Source: Patescibacteria group bacterium UBA1388 (GTDB lineage: Bacteria; Patescibacteriota; Microgenomatia; UBA1400; PJMF01). From it: a stretch of DNA of 64,000 nt. Position numbers and translations under genes: made by a program. Of this stretch, positions 27,742-36,887 are shown piece by piece. Numbering within the stretch: position 1 is the stretch's first letter; each line of letters opens with the position of its first letter. The DNA is taken from assembly GCA_002305355.1 (NCBI GenBank), contig DBQS01000036.1:15612-79611 (forward strand). The letters run 5' to 3'. The notes beneath the pieces were generated by a model. The model made no database searches. It was not told the DNA's origin and saw only the letters and a list, made by a program, of their open reading frames with translations.

Positions 27742-28836
27742 ATGTTAGGTATTGTTATGAATGATGACTCCTCACTCAACCAAAAGTCACACTATGTGGA
27801 TGCATATCAGCCTCCAAACCAACCGTCTGGCTCACCCGTTAATAAAGCTGCAGGACAAACCTCAAGTCAGTCCACTGATCAGTTTTCAGGGCAGCACTCT
27901 ACTGGTCAGTCAACAACTGGTCGAGTAACTGATCAACCGGTGGTTTCGCCGTCTGCGCAACCTCTTGATGAGCCCTCTGATCAGTTCACTACCCAATCGT
28001 CTGATCAACCTGTTGACGAACTTACTGATCAATTGACAAGCCAACCATTTGATCAATCTCCTGACAAATTTAATGATCAGTCAGCTCAATCACCAATTCA
28101 AAAAACAAATCAATCAGAGGACCAATTACCTAATCAAACATCAGACCAACTTAGTAGAGAAGAGTTGTTGGATCAATTTTCCACGCAACCCGCTGATCAA
28201 TCTCCAACCCAGCAAGACAACGAGTTTTCTACTCAATCTCCCAATCAGGTATCGGAGAGTAAACCACTTCATCAATCTGTCGATCGATCTCCAGAAGACC
28301 AACCTTCTCTTCAATCAGCAGCAGATGACATAGTTTCAGATCCAAAATTGCCCTCCCTTGATGATGGAAAAGTGTCTTCTGCCACCGCAACATCCAATTC
28401 AGAAGCTCTTGAAGACCAAAATATTTTCTTTTTATTAGGGGTAAGTGATGGTTCAAACGAGCAGAAAGAATCTTTTTTAGACGAACTGCAGGAAGTGATT
28501 TGGGAGGATTTTTTGGAGTATGATGTCAAATTGTTAATCACCAACGATGAACAACAGCAATTACAGCAATTGTTGAGCTCAAATCAAGGTTCTGAAGAGC
28601 AACGTCAAGAAGCAGTTGTGCAATTTCTGGAGAAGTTGATTCCTGATCTTGAAGAGATCATGCTTGAAAAAGCGATGGAGTTAAAGGCAGAAATGGTGCG
28701 AGAACGGGCTTCCGGTTTGCGCACTTATTATGCAGACAACGCCCAAAAATTAAATCGCGTTGGAGATGCTGAAAAATTAATGGATGAAAATAAATGGTAT
28801 TCGGCAGCTCACTTAATGAATAGTTTGGCCGCTTAG
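27742..28836 (+). CDS. Asp/Gln/Ser-rich intrinsically disordered protein with a structured C-terminal domain
   Basis: About 230 aa of degenerate repeats (SDQ, TDQ, DQS) with no TM; C-terminal about 130 aa is not low-complexity. Confidence 0.55.
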   Translation: MLGIVMNDDSSLNQKSHYVDAYQPPNQPSGSPVNKAAGQTSSQSTDQFSGQHSTGQSTTGRVTDQPVVSPSAQPLDEPSDQFTTQSSDQPVDELTDQLTSQPFDQSPDKFNDQSAQSPIQKTNQSEDQLPNQTSDQLSREELLDQFSTQPADQSPTQQDNEFSTQSPNQVSESKPLHQSVDRSPEDQPSLQSAADDIVSDPKLPSLDDGKVSSATATSNSEALEDQNIFFLLGVSDGSNEQKESFLDELQEVIWEDFLEYDVKLLITNDEQQQLQQLLSSNQGSEEQRQEAVVQFLEKLIPDLEEIMLEKAMELKAEMVRERASGLRTYYADNAQKLNRVGDAEKLMDENKWYSAAHLMNSLAA

Positions 28837-28970
28837 GAATTTTTTGTTTGAAAAATCTTGAATGAGATACATTGTCGGTGTTTGTTTGTGTTGCCTAGAC
28901 AAATTGAGCAGGACGTTGATATGCAGGCTTCAATTTTTTATCGGCAGGCATTCTTGTGTTGGTCTGGTAG

Positions 28971-30038
28971 GTGTGTTATACATTAGCTGCGATGAAGCAA
29001 CGTCCCAAAATACTTCGCTCTATTCATCTTCAGTCATCAAACAAGGTGATATATTTGGAAATTGGCTCTTCACAAGTCAAGGTGATGGTCAATAGCAAAC
29101 TTGTTTTCAATCAACCAAGCTGTATTGCCATTAACCCCGCTCAGCAGAGCATACTTGCCTTTGGTGACAAAGCCTATCAGTTATTAGGTAAAAGAAGACA
29201 TGATTTGCAGGTGGTCTTTCCGATCAAGAATGGAGCAGTTGCAAACCGAGAGCATTTTCAACTCCTGACGGAAGCTATAAGTAATCACCTGCACCTCGAA
29301 GCCGATTGGTGGAAAATATTGTCTCCCCAACGTTGCATTATCGCGATGTCTGATGCATTGACTCCCGCCGAAAAAGAACAAACCATCCGCCAATTTTCAC
29401 ATTTGAAATTAGGCAAGCAAAGTTTTTTTTCCTCAGAGCTGGCTGTAGCCATGCAAGCTGACCGCTGTCACTTGGAATCATCTACCAATTATTGTTTGAT
29501 CAATATGGGAGGGATGATTACGACTGTTGCCATTGTCCAAAGAGGGGAACTTACTCACGCTGAAAGAATTTTTGTGGGTGGAGTGCATTTTACTGCTGCC
29601 GTACAACATCTTGTGCGATCTATTGAAAACTGCGCTATTAGCTGGCATGAGGCAGAAAGGGTTAAAAAGAATATTGGCTTTATTGAACATGCCAACACAC
29701 ATCTTACGGTAATCAATAAAAAATTATCAGTTACAGGAAAGGACATTGCTTCACAGTTAGGTAAAACAGTCATCATTTCAGCAAAACAGGCGAGTAGGGG
29801 ATTTGGAAGTCTAGTCGATGATTTGGTAGTGGGTTTGCAACATTTTTTTAATAAAGTACCACCAGAACAGGTGACGGATTGTTTGCAAAATGGTGTTTTT
29901 TTAACCGGAGGAGCAATGCAGCTGACTGGGATGAGGGAAATTTTCCAACACCATCTAAAAGCAGAAACGGTCATGTCTGACCAACCAGAGCTTGATGTAG
30001 TTATGGGTTTAGAAAAATTGGCTACCCGTGATCAGTGA
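28971..30038 (+). CDS. mreB: Rod-shape-determining protein MreB-like actin homolog (GTG start; divergent nucleotide-binding motifs)
   Basis: IYLEIGSSQVKVMV (phosphate-1), INMGGMITTVAIV (phosphate-2) and FLTGGAMQLTGM (adenosine motif); followed by mreC/mreD/PBP2. Confidence 0.65.
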   Translation: MCYTLAAMKQRPKILRSIHLQSSNKVIYLEIGSSQVKVMVNSKLVFNQPSCIAINPAQQSILAFGDKAYQLLGKRRHDLQVVFPIKNGAVANREHFQLLTEAISNHLHLEADWWKILSPQRCIIAMSDALTPAEKEQTIRQFSHLKLGKQSFFSSELAVAMQADRCHLESSTNYCLINMGGMITTVAIVQRGELTHAERIFVGGVHFTAAVQHLVRSIENCAISWHEAERVKKNIGFIEHANTHLTVINKKLSVTGKDIASQLGKTVIISAKQASRGFGSLVDDLVVGLQHFFNKVPPEQVTDCLQNGVFLTGGAMQLTGMREIFQHHLKAETVMSDQPELDVVMGLEKLATRDQ

Positions 30039-30838
30039 GGACAGTGATGATTAGACTTAATTCTTGGAGCAATTCTATCAACAGTTTTTCTTTTTATTAT
30101 GGAGTATTGATAATTTGTGGAATCGCTATCTTTTTGATTGAACAAGTGAGGTGGGATTTATTTTTAAGGACAAGACTGCAATGGATGACTGTGCCAGTGA
30201 GTCAAATGATCGCTCGGGGCGTGGAGTTGACAACCCATCCCGCTTATTCTTTGAGTGTTTATTTTTCGGATGCTACAGAACTTGATCGCTTGCGAACACA
30301 ACACGCTCAAGACTTAGTTACTATTGCAGAGCTTGAATATTTAAAAGAGGAAAATGAAATCCTCAAAAGGATGCTTCAAGGAGAAAGTAATACGCACCAG
30401 TCTAAGATGATTGCTGCTCCAATCACTTCCTATGCATACCCAGCAATTGGCATAGGATCGTCGGCAGGAGTAAGGGAAGGACAGGTTGTTGTTGCTCATC
30501 AGACTCTGCTTGGAAAAATCACTGAAGTTGAGTCTGATCAATCGAGAGTACAACTCTTGTTTAATCTTGATTCACAACCAATTTTGGCAGAAACCACCTC
30601 TGGTGTGCAAGGACTAATCAAAGGTACAGGAAAAAAAGTGATGTTGACAGAGGTATTACCAGATAGTCAACTGACGATTGGTGATAAAGTAATAACCTCA
30701 GGACAACCCGGCATTAAGCAGGGGTTACTTGTGGGGGTGATTGTCGCTGTTACTCCTCCATCATCAACCCCTACTCAAACGGCAGAGATTGATCAATTAG
30801 TCTCTTTTTATACCACGCCCTTAGTAGAAGTTAGGTGA
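30035..30838 (+). CDS. mreC: Rod-shape-determining protein MreC (GTGA overlap with mreB)
   Basis: N-terminal TM, coiled-coil segment (ELEYLKEENEILKRML), beta-rich C-terminal domain; position between mreB and mreD. Confidence 0.6.
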   Translation: MRTVMIRLNSWSNSINSFSFYYGVLIICGIAIFLIEQVRWDLFLRTRLQWMTVPVSQMIARGVELTTHPAYSLSVYFSDATELDRLRTQHAQDLVTIAELEYLKEENEILKRMLQGESNTHQSKMIAAPITSYAYPAIGIGSSAGVREGQVVVAHQTLLGKITEVESDQSRVQLLFNLDSQPILAETTSGVQGLIKGTGKKVMLTEVLPDSQLTIGDKVITSGQPGIKQGLLVGVIVAVTPPSSTPTQTAEIDQLVSFYTTPLVEVR

Positions 30839-30844
30839 CCTAAT

Positions 30845-31291
30845 ATGCTTTGGGAAATAATAAAATATGTAATTCAGTTTTTGGTTATTAGTCTGGTGCT
30901 GTTGATTGAACAGGTGCTATCTTTGCCCTTCATTTTTTTTACGCTCTTGATTTTATGGACTAATTTCCAGACTAAACCAATGCTGATTTTGACAACTGTA
31001 CTCATGTCTTTGTTTTGTGCAGTTGTTTTTAGTGAAAGTTGGCTACTGATGTTTGGTTTTATTATTGTGACAGTGAATGTTATGAAATTATGGCAGACTA
31101 AGTATGGGAAAACATGGTGGCTTAGCAATTTACACATATTGTTCACAGTCGCTTTTTTTTCAATGTTTGTGCCACCACAGCCAACCGCTCAGTTTTTAGT
31201 TTTTTCTGGTCTAAGTTATGTAATTAGCTTGATAATATTATGGAGCAATTATCGTTGGGTGAACAAAAACAAATTTTATCGCTCATTTTAG
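30845..31291 (+). CDS. mreD: Rod-shape-determining protein MreD (polytopic membrane)
   Basis: 148 aa with 4-5 TM helices; assigned by operon position only. Confidence 0.45.
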   Translation: MLWEIIKYVIQFLVISLVLLIEQVLSLPFIFFTLLILWTNFQTKPMLILTTVLMSLFCAVVFSESWLLMFGFIIVTVNVMKLWQTKYGKTWWLSNLHILFTVAFFSMFVPPQPTAQFLVFSGLSYVISLIILWSNYRWVNKNKFYRSF

Positions 31292-31322
31292 TACGGAGTT
31301 TGGATTAAACAATAAAAAAATT

Positions 31323-33311
31323 GTGACAAAAACAGACCACCAAATTCGTCATTTTTGGCTTGTAATGATTTTAATCTTATTAAGTGGGACGCTAACTTTT
31401 GTGAGATTAATTGATGTGCAAGTGATTAGGGGAGAGCATTTTCTGGAATTAGCAGAAGCGAATCGGTTATTTAAAATTACTTTACCCAGAATGAGAGGCT
31501 TAATTGTGGATCGTTATGGCAAGCCATTGGTTAAGAATTATCCCATTTACTATCAAATATCTGATCCCCATCAAGTGTATGCAGCTAAACAAATTATTGC
31601 CGCAGATTTAGCTTTGTCACTAATGGCTACCCAAAGCGGTAGTGTGGAAACAACCGTAAGAAGAGTTTACCCACTAGGTGAAGTATTGGCGCCGGTAATT
31701 GGTTACACGGGTGTGGTTTCTGCAGAAGACTTACAAAAGGATAAAAATTTGCAACCAACCGACCTAGTTGGTAAGCAAGGACTAGAACGTAGTTTTGATT
31801 TAAATTTGCGCGGTGAACTGGGAGAGGAATTATATGAAATTGATGCCATGGGACGAAAAAATAAATTAATTACTTCAAAATTAGGTGAGCCGGGACAAAA
31901 TGTAAAGACTTCAATTGACCCCTATTTGAGTCTAATTGCCTATGAAGCCATGGGAGATCACACCGGGGTAGTACTGATCACAGACGGCTCAACAGGTGAT
32001 GTTTTAAGTTTAGTGAGTGTACCGAGTTATGATGCCAACCTCATTACCGCTCGTTATGCAGATGAAAAATTAGAAAGATTTCGGCAGCAGACCGTGGCGG
32101 AGATGTTTACTGATGAAAGGCAGTTGTTTTTTAATCGGGCAGTAAGTGGTGTTTATCCACCCGGATCGGTGTTTAAATTGGTTACAGCAGCAGCAGGTTT
32201 GAGTACTGCCGCCATTGATGCACAAACGAGTGTCTTAGATGAGGGGGTATTGAAAGTAGGAGATTATTCTTATGCCAACTGGTATTACTCGCAGTATGGA
32301 GGTACGGAGGGAGAAATATCTTTGAGACGGGCCATTGCGAGAAGTAATGATATTTATTTTTACAAAGCGGCTGAATGGATCGGTCCCAATCGGCTTGCAG
32401 AAGCGGCCCGAGAATTTGGATATGGTCAACCAACTGGTATTGAACTAGCTGGTGAACAATCTGGACTTGTGCCGGACGTTGATTGGAAAGAGCAAGTGCT
32501 GGGAGAACGGTGGTTTTTGGGAAACACTTATCATTTTGGGATTGGTCAAGGCAACTTATTGGTTACTCCGCTTCAAGTGAATCAAATGACGCAAGTGTTG
32601 ATCAATCATGGATCAAGGTGCAGTCCGCGCCTGCTTCCATCATTGGAAACAGACTGTCATGGTGTGGCGCTGGCAGACGAACATCTGGATTTAATTTTGG
32701 CTGGTATGTTGGATGCTTGTAGTAGTGGGGGTACTGCCTATCCTTTTTTTTCATGGAACGAACGCCATCGTGAACAAGAGCTATCTGCATACGAGCAGAT
32801 AAAAAGAGGAGCAGTGGCGTGCAAAACAGGTACGGCAGAATTCGGAGGAAGCGACGAAAGAGGCTTCAAAAAAACTCACGGTTTGTTTGTAATGGCACTA
32901 GGTGTAGATGAATTATTAAAGCCCTTCTTGGAAGAGGTGACAACTGATGATTCTGCTCTAGCAAGTTCATCGGTAGTAAATATGAACGATCAAAACCTCG
33001 ATCAACAACCCAATGTTCAAAATATGACTCAGACAGAAGAAACTGAAGTTTCGCAGACAGCTGATAGAGTGCAGTTAAATTTGGAGAAATATCGTGATTA
33101 TCAGGCTTGGTTGGCAGAAATTAGGCAACATGATTTCCCGGAAAAAGTAGTCATCACAGTTTTGGTGGAAAGCGATGAGAAACAACCTTTTATGGAGGGC
33201 AGTCGTGATGCTGCGCCGGTGGCATTAGAGATTTTAGAATGGATGGTTCAAGGTTCGCCAGTGGAAGCTGCCCCATCTGTGGAAGCGCCGGCAGGAGTGG
33301 TAGGTGAGTAA
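31323..33311 (+). CDS. mrdA: Penicillin-binding protein 2 (transpeptidase) with an acidic C-terminal extension
   Basis: N-terminal TM; SxxK (GSVFK), SxN (RSND) and KTG (CKTGTA) motifs. Confidence 0.8.
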   Translation: MTKTDHQIRHFWLVMILILLSGTLTFVRLIDVQVIRGEHFLELAEANRLFKITLPRMRGLIVDRYGKPLVKNYPIYYQISDPHQVYAAKQIIAADLALSLMATQSGSVETTVRRVYPLGEVLAPVIGYTGVVSAEDLQKDKNLQPTDLVGKQGLERSFDLNLRGELGEELYEIDAMGRKNKLITSKLGEPGQNVKTSIDPYLSLIAYEAMGDHTGVVLITDGSTGDVLSLVSVPSYDANLITARYADEKLERFRQQTVAEMFTDERQLFFNRAVSGVYPPGSVFKLVTAAAGLSTAAIDAQTSVLDEGVLKVGDYSYANWYYSQYGGTEGEISLRRAIARSNDIYFYKAAEWIGPNRLAEAAREFGYGQPTGIELAGEQSGLVPDVDWKEQVLGERWFLGNTYHFGIGQGNLLVTPLQVNQMTQVLINHGSRCSPRLLPSLETDCHGVALADEHLDLILAGMLDACSSGGTAYPFFSWNERHREQELSAYEQIKRGAVACKTGTAEFGGSDERGFKKTHGLFVMALGVDELLKPFLEEVTTDDSALASSSVVNMNDQNLDQQPNVQNMTQTEETEVSQTADRVQLNLEKYRDYQAWLAEIRQHDFPEKVVITVLVESDEKQPFMEGSRDAAPVALEILEWMVQGSPVEAAPSVEAPAGVVGE

Positions 33312-33675
33312 ATATCAGGATTTATTTTTTCAAATATTTGAAAGATATCACGATATTGAAGATAAGCATTTTAAAGGTATTTAGTATACTGATTAAATGA
33401 ACTGACTCTCCGCCATCTGTGCCGAATTTCTTGTTAAAGTTTGGTGCAGATCCACAAACTTTAAACTATTCCAACTTTTTTGCGTCTGGTTTATCAAATT
33501 TAAATCTAGACGTGACAAATCCGGCTGTTAGAGAAGCTCTGAAAAATGGTTTTTGGTTTTTTGAGTTTGATGCTTTTTATTACCCACTGGGTTTATTTTT
33601 TAAATTAACTGTGAGACGTTAGTCAGATTTGGGGATTGTTATCCAGCAAATTAAAAATTATTACACTTCAGTTAT

Positions 33676-35013
33676 TTAAATCAGCATCCGGCGCTGTTTG
33701 TCCCAATATGGACCTCGTCGACAGAGTAGTTGTTCAGCTTGCTCAGGATGAGCCATCAATTGCTGAACAGCAATTTCTAGAAGAAGAGTGTTTTGTGATC
33801 CTTTGATAAGCAAAACATCATTGGGCAGGAGTTGGTCTTTGAGTACATCTGCTGCTTGTCGGGCAGAATCATGGCAAGTGACTTTGATTTTGGCTTTTTG
33901 AAGGATTGGCAAAGCGTGTTCTGCCATGAGCGGTCCTACTAAATGCACTTGATCACAAACTTGCGCTGCTTTTTTTGCAACTCGAACATGAGCCGACATT
34001 GCAGAATCTCCGAGCTCACGCATATCTCCTAATAAAGCGAGCTTTCGCTTACCCTGAATTTTTGACAGTAATTCCAACATATCAATCATTGTTTGTGGGG
34101 AGGCGTTATAACTACTGTCAATCATTTGTGAATGATTGACGCCTTCAATAATACTCGAGCGGCCGGGTTCGAGTGAAAAATCTTGTTCAATGTGGCGAAT
34201 TGCTTGATTAATCGAAATACCCTGAGTAAAACCACAGCAAATTGCGGCGGCAAACGAGTGTCCAAAATGAACAGGCAAAATCATATTTTTTAGGTTTAGT
34301 TGATAGGTTTTTGCTTGATACTTAATTAAAAATCTGGTTTTATCTCTGCCATACTCAACGCCGGTAACTTTAACAATGGGGTGACCCATGGAGCCAAACG
34401 TCAATATCGTGGCTTGACTTTTTTGAATGATCTCTGCGCTTTGTTCATCATCGGTGTTGATAATACCTGTGGCTGATTTAGGAAGAGTAGTGATGATTTT
34501 GCCTTTTTCAAGAGCAATCAGTTTTGTGAGGTGTTTTTCCCGTTCACTAGCAGAAAGATTCTTGTTTTTGACAAGTGAGTCAAAGTTTTGGGTGTGTGAA
34601 AGGGCAGCATTCAAGAAAATGCCGACGTCAGGCGGAATAATCGAGAGTAAATAAGTCATGTTTTTAGGTGGCAATGGGCTATCAATACCCATTTCTACAA
34701 GATAAATTTCTGGTTGATCTTGATTAGTGATCAATTTTATTGGAGCAAGTAATGCGAGTCGCAGCCAATCAATGATCGAATAATTTGTTGGATGTAGGCC
34801 TAAGATATCCAAAGGAATTCCAGATTCAGAGTTGGCTTTATATGAAATTTTAACTTTGTATTTGGGTTTAAGTACAACTGCACAAGCTGCCATGGCACTA
34901 GTTTTGCCAGCACTGCCAGTAATTCCGATAATTATTGGGCGATGTTTTTTGAGCTGCAGACGAGCGATTGTACGCAAGTAGTTTAAAAACAAGGGGGTAA
35001 GGAAAACTTTCAT
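33676..35013 (-). CDS. murF: UDP-N-acetylmuramoyl-tripeptide--D-alanyl-D-alanine ligase (Mur ligase family)
   Basis: IIIGITGSAGKTS P-loop; IDSSYNASPQTM matches the MurF DDSYNANP motif. Confidence 0.7.
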   Translation of the reverse strand: MKVFLTPLFLNYLRTIARLQLKKHRPIIIGITGSAGKTSAMAACAVVLKPKYKVKISYKANSESGIPLDILGLHPTNYSIIDWLRLALLAPIKLITNQDQPEIYLVEMGIDSPLPPKNMTYLLSIIPPDVGIFLNAALSHTQNFDSLVKNKNLSASEREKHLTKLIALEKGKIITTLPKSATGIINTDDEQSAEIIQKSQATILTFGSMGHPIVKVTGVEYGRDKTRFLIKYQAKTYQLNLKNMILPVHFGHSFAAAICCGFTQGISINQAIRHIEQDFSLEPGRSSIIEGVNHSQMIDSSYNASPQTMIDMLELLSKIQGKRKLALLGDMRELGDSAMSAHVRVAKKAAQVCDQVHLVGPLMAEHALPILQKAKIKVTCHDSARQAADVLKDQLLPNDVLLIKGSQNTLLLEIAVQQLMAHPEQAEQLLCRRGPYWDKQRRMLI

Positions 35014-35340
35014 CTTATTAATTGTACATCATGTTTAATTATCATTTCCGCTCGAGTGAAAAGATATTTTCAAAGTGTGGCAGATTTGTGTTTTATCAGT
35101 TTTTATTAGAGATATGCCACCCAAAGCTCACTAATTTTCAAAGGCTCATTAACTTTCAGACTTGATTCATTATTGTGAGGATGAAAGCAGAGCAAGGCTA
35201 CAGATTGTGCAAGCTTAATTCATATACTAAGGGTAATTAACTCGCCTGCGGCGATTTAAAAAAAGAGATCACGATTAAGTATTTAATAAGTCACTTCTTT
35301 TATTTAAAACTATTAAAACTAATGTAACCAAGTAGCACCG

Positions 35341-36744
35341 ATGAATCAATTGATATCTCAAACATCCTCAACTCTGCGATTGAAAAAAGACTCAAAAAAC
35401 CTATTGGATTCTGAATTAAAGAACGAAGACGGGAAACACGAGTTACAGCTAAGTTTGGCGGCTCTAAGTACGATGAAGGGCATCGGGCCGGTGACCCAAA
35501 AAATGATTATTGCAGGACTGAATAAATACCGAATCAGCTGGCAGGAGTTTTGGGAAGGAAATGAGCTGCTATTTAAAAAAATTAAACTTAATGAAAAACA
35601 GATCAATAGCATTAAAAAGTTTATAAAAGAACAAACAATATACGCATATAAAGAAAAACTGGCGATTCGGGAGATCAGGATTATTACTTATATGGATGAA
35701 GAGTACCCACCACTGCTTACAGAATTGGAGCGGGCGCCTTTGGTTTTATTTGGGATGGGAAAAGTGATTAAGAATCCCGACCGACTATCTTTGGCGGTGG
35801 TGGGCGCCCGCGGGATGACTGCCTACGGAGCAAGTGTGACCGAGCAGTTGGTGATGGAACTTGTTGAGCAGGGTATTGCGATCAATTCCGGATTTATGTA
35901 CGGTGTTGATACAGCTGCTCATCAAGCAGCACTGCGCTATGGTGGCCATACGATAGGCATACTAGGATTTGGGTTTGGTCAGATGTATCCAGATAGCCAG
36001 CAACCGATATTTGAGCAGTGCTTGGCGGATGGAATGACTTTCTATTCTCCATTTGCACCTGATTTTCCGGCTAAAAAAGGTAATTTTCCTGCTCGTAATC
36101 AAATTGTGGCGGGTATGAGCCAAGGCGTTTTAGTAACTGAGGCTGCCGCGCACAGCGGCAGCCTCATCACCGCTGGGGCGGCGGCAGATTTGGGCAGAGA
36201 AGTCTTTGCCGTGCCTGGTCCAATTGATAGCCCATACAGTGAGGGCACGATGCACTTAGTTAACCAAGGAGCGACATTAATTAATTCTGGCTACGAAGTT
36301 GGGGAATACTTGCGCTGGCCCACTGGCAATCTGCCTTCATTAAGGTCGAAGATGCGACTAGTTGATGAAACATATCAATCATTTTCTTCAGCAATGTCTA
36401 AAGATCAACCGTCTTCAGACGTTTTATCATTCAACTCTCAATTTATACAGGATTGTCATCAACTAAAACAGCCCGATAATAAATTCTGTTTTACGCCCAC
36501 AACATCGATGAATTTATCTGGCAGGTTATTTCAGCTGAGTCAGCCATCTCCCCAATCCTTACTTGGATTTCTCAACAGTTTTGATTTTCAATTGCTATCT
36601 AAACTCGCTTCACGAGGACATTCTTTTGATCAGCTCTGCGAATTGCTAGTTTGTCCTGCACCTCAGCTCAGTCAAGCGCTTGGGAAGTTGGAAGTTGCAG
36701 GTCTGGTGATGAATTTGGGAGATAATTGGCAGATTGTGAAATGA
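35341..36744 (+). CDS. dprA: DNA processing protein DprA (Smf) with a C-terminal extension
   Basis: Rossmann-like core LAVVGARGMTAYG...GVDTAAHQAALRYGGHTIGILGFG...LVTEAAAHSGSLITAGAAADLGREVFAVPG. Confidence 0.8.
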   Translation: MNQLISQTSSTLRLKKDSKNLLDSELKNEDGKHELQLSLAALSTMKGIGPVTQKMIIAGLNKYRISWQEFWEGNELLFKKIKLNEKQINSIKKFIKEQTIYAYKEKLAIREIRIITYMDEEYPPLLTELERAPLVLFGMGKVIKNPDRLSLAVVGARGMTAYGASVTEQLVMELVEQGIAINSGFMYGVDTAAHQAALRYGGHTIGILGFGFGQMYPDSQQPIFEQCLADGMTFYSPFAPDFPAKKGNFPARNQIVAGMSQGVLVTEAAAHSGSLITAGAAADLGREVFAVPGPIDSPYSEGTMHLVNQGATLINSGYEVGEYLRWPTGNLPSLRSKMRLVDETYQSFSSAMSKDQPSSDVLSFNSQFIQDCHQLKQPDNKFCFTPTTSMNLSGRLFQLSQPSPQSLLGFLNSFDFQLLSKLASRGHSFDQLCELLVCPAPQLSQALGKLEVAGLVMNLGDNWQIVK

Positions 36745-36887
36745 TGTCAACTTGATTGGTCAAATCTCGCGAAACGCTGTGTAACTTGCAAGCTGCGTTA
36801 AAATACAATCCGATTGACAGCACCTTGAATTCAGTTCGAAATCAAAATTGGTAACATTGCCAAACAAGCAGCTGTCAGTTATAGTTT

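Noticed and set aside
27850-28300. Dense run of GATC/TGATCA repeats suggesting a DNA-level repeat array or methylation hotspot
   Set aside because: It is fully explained by Asp-Gln (GAT-CAA/CAG) codon repeats in the disordered protein; there is no spacer-repeat periodicity, so it is not a CRISPR or tandem DNA repeat.
33419-33622. Calling the 67-aa ORF a functional gene
   Set aside because: It is isolated in a convergent gap with no RBS, and similarity to GH13 covers only one segment; it is recorded only as a possible remnant (see findings).
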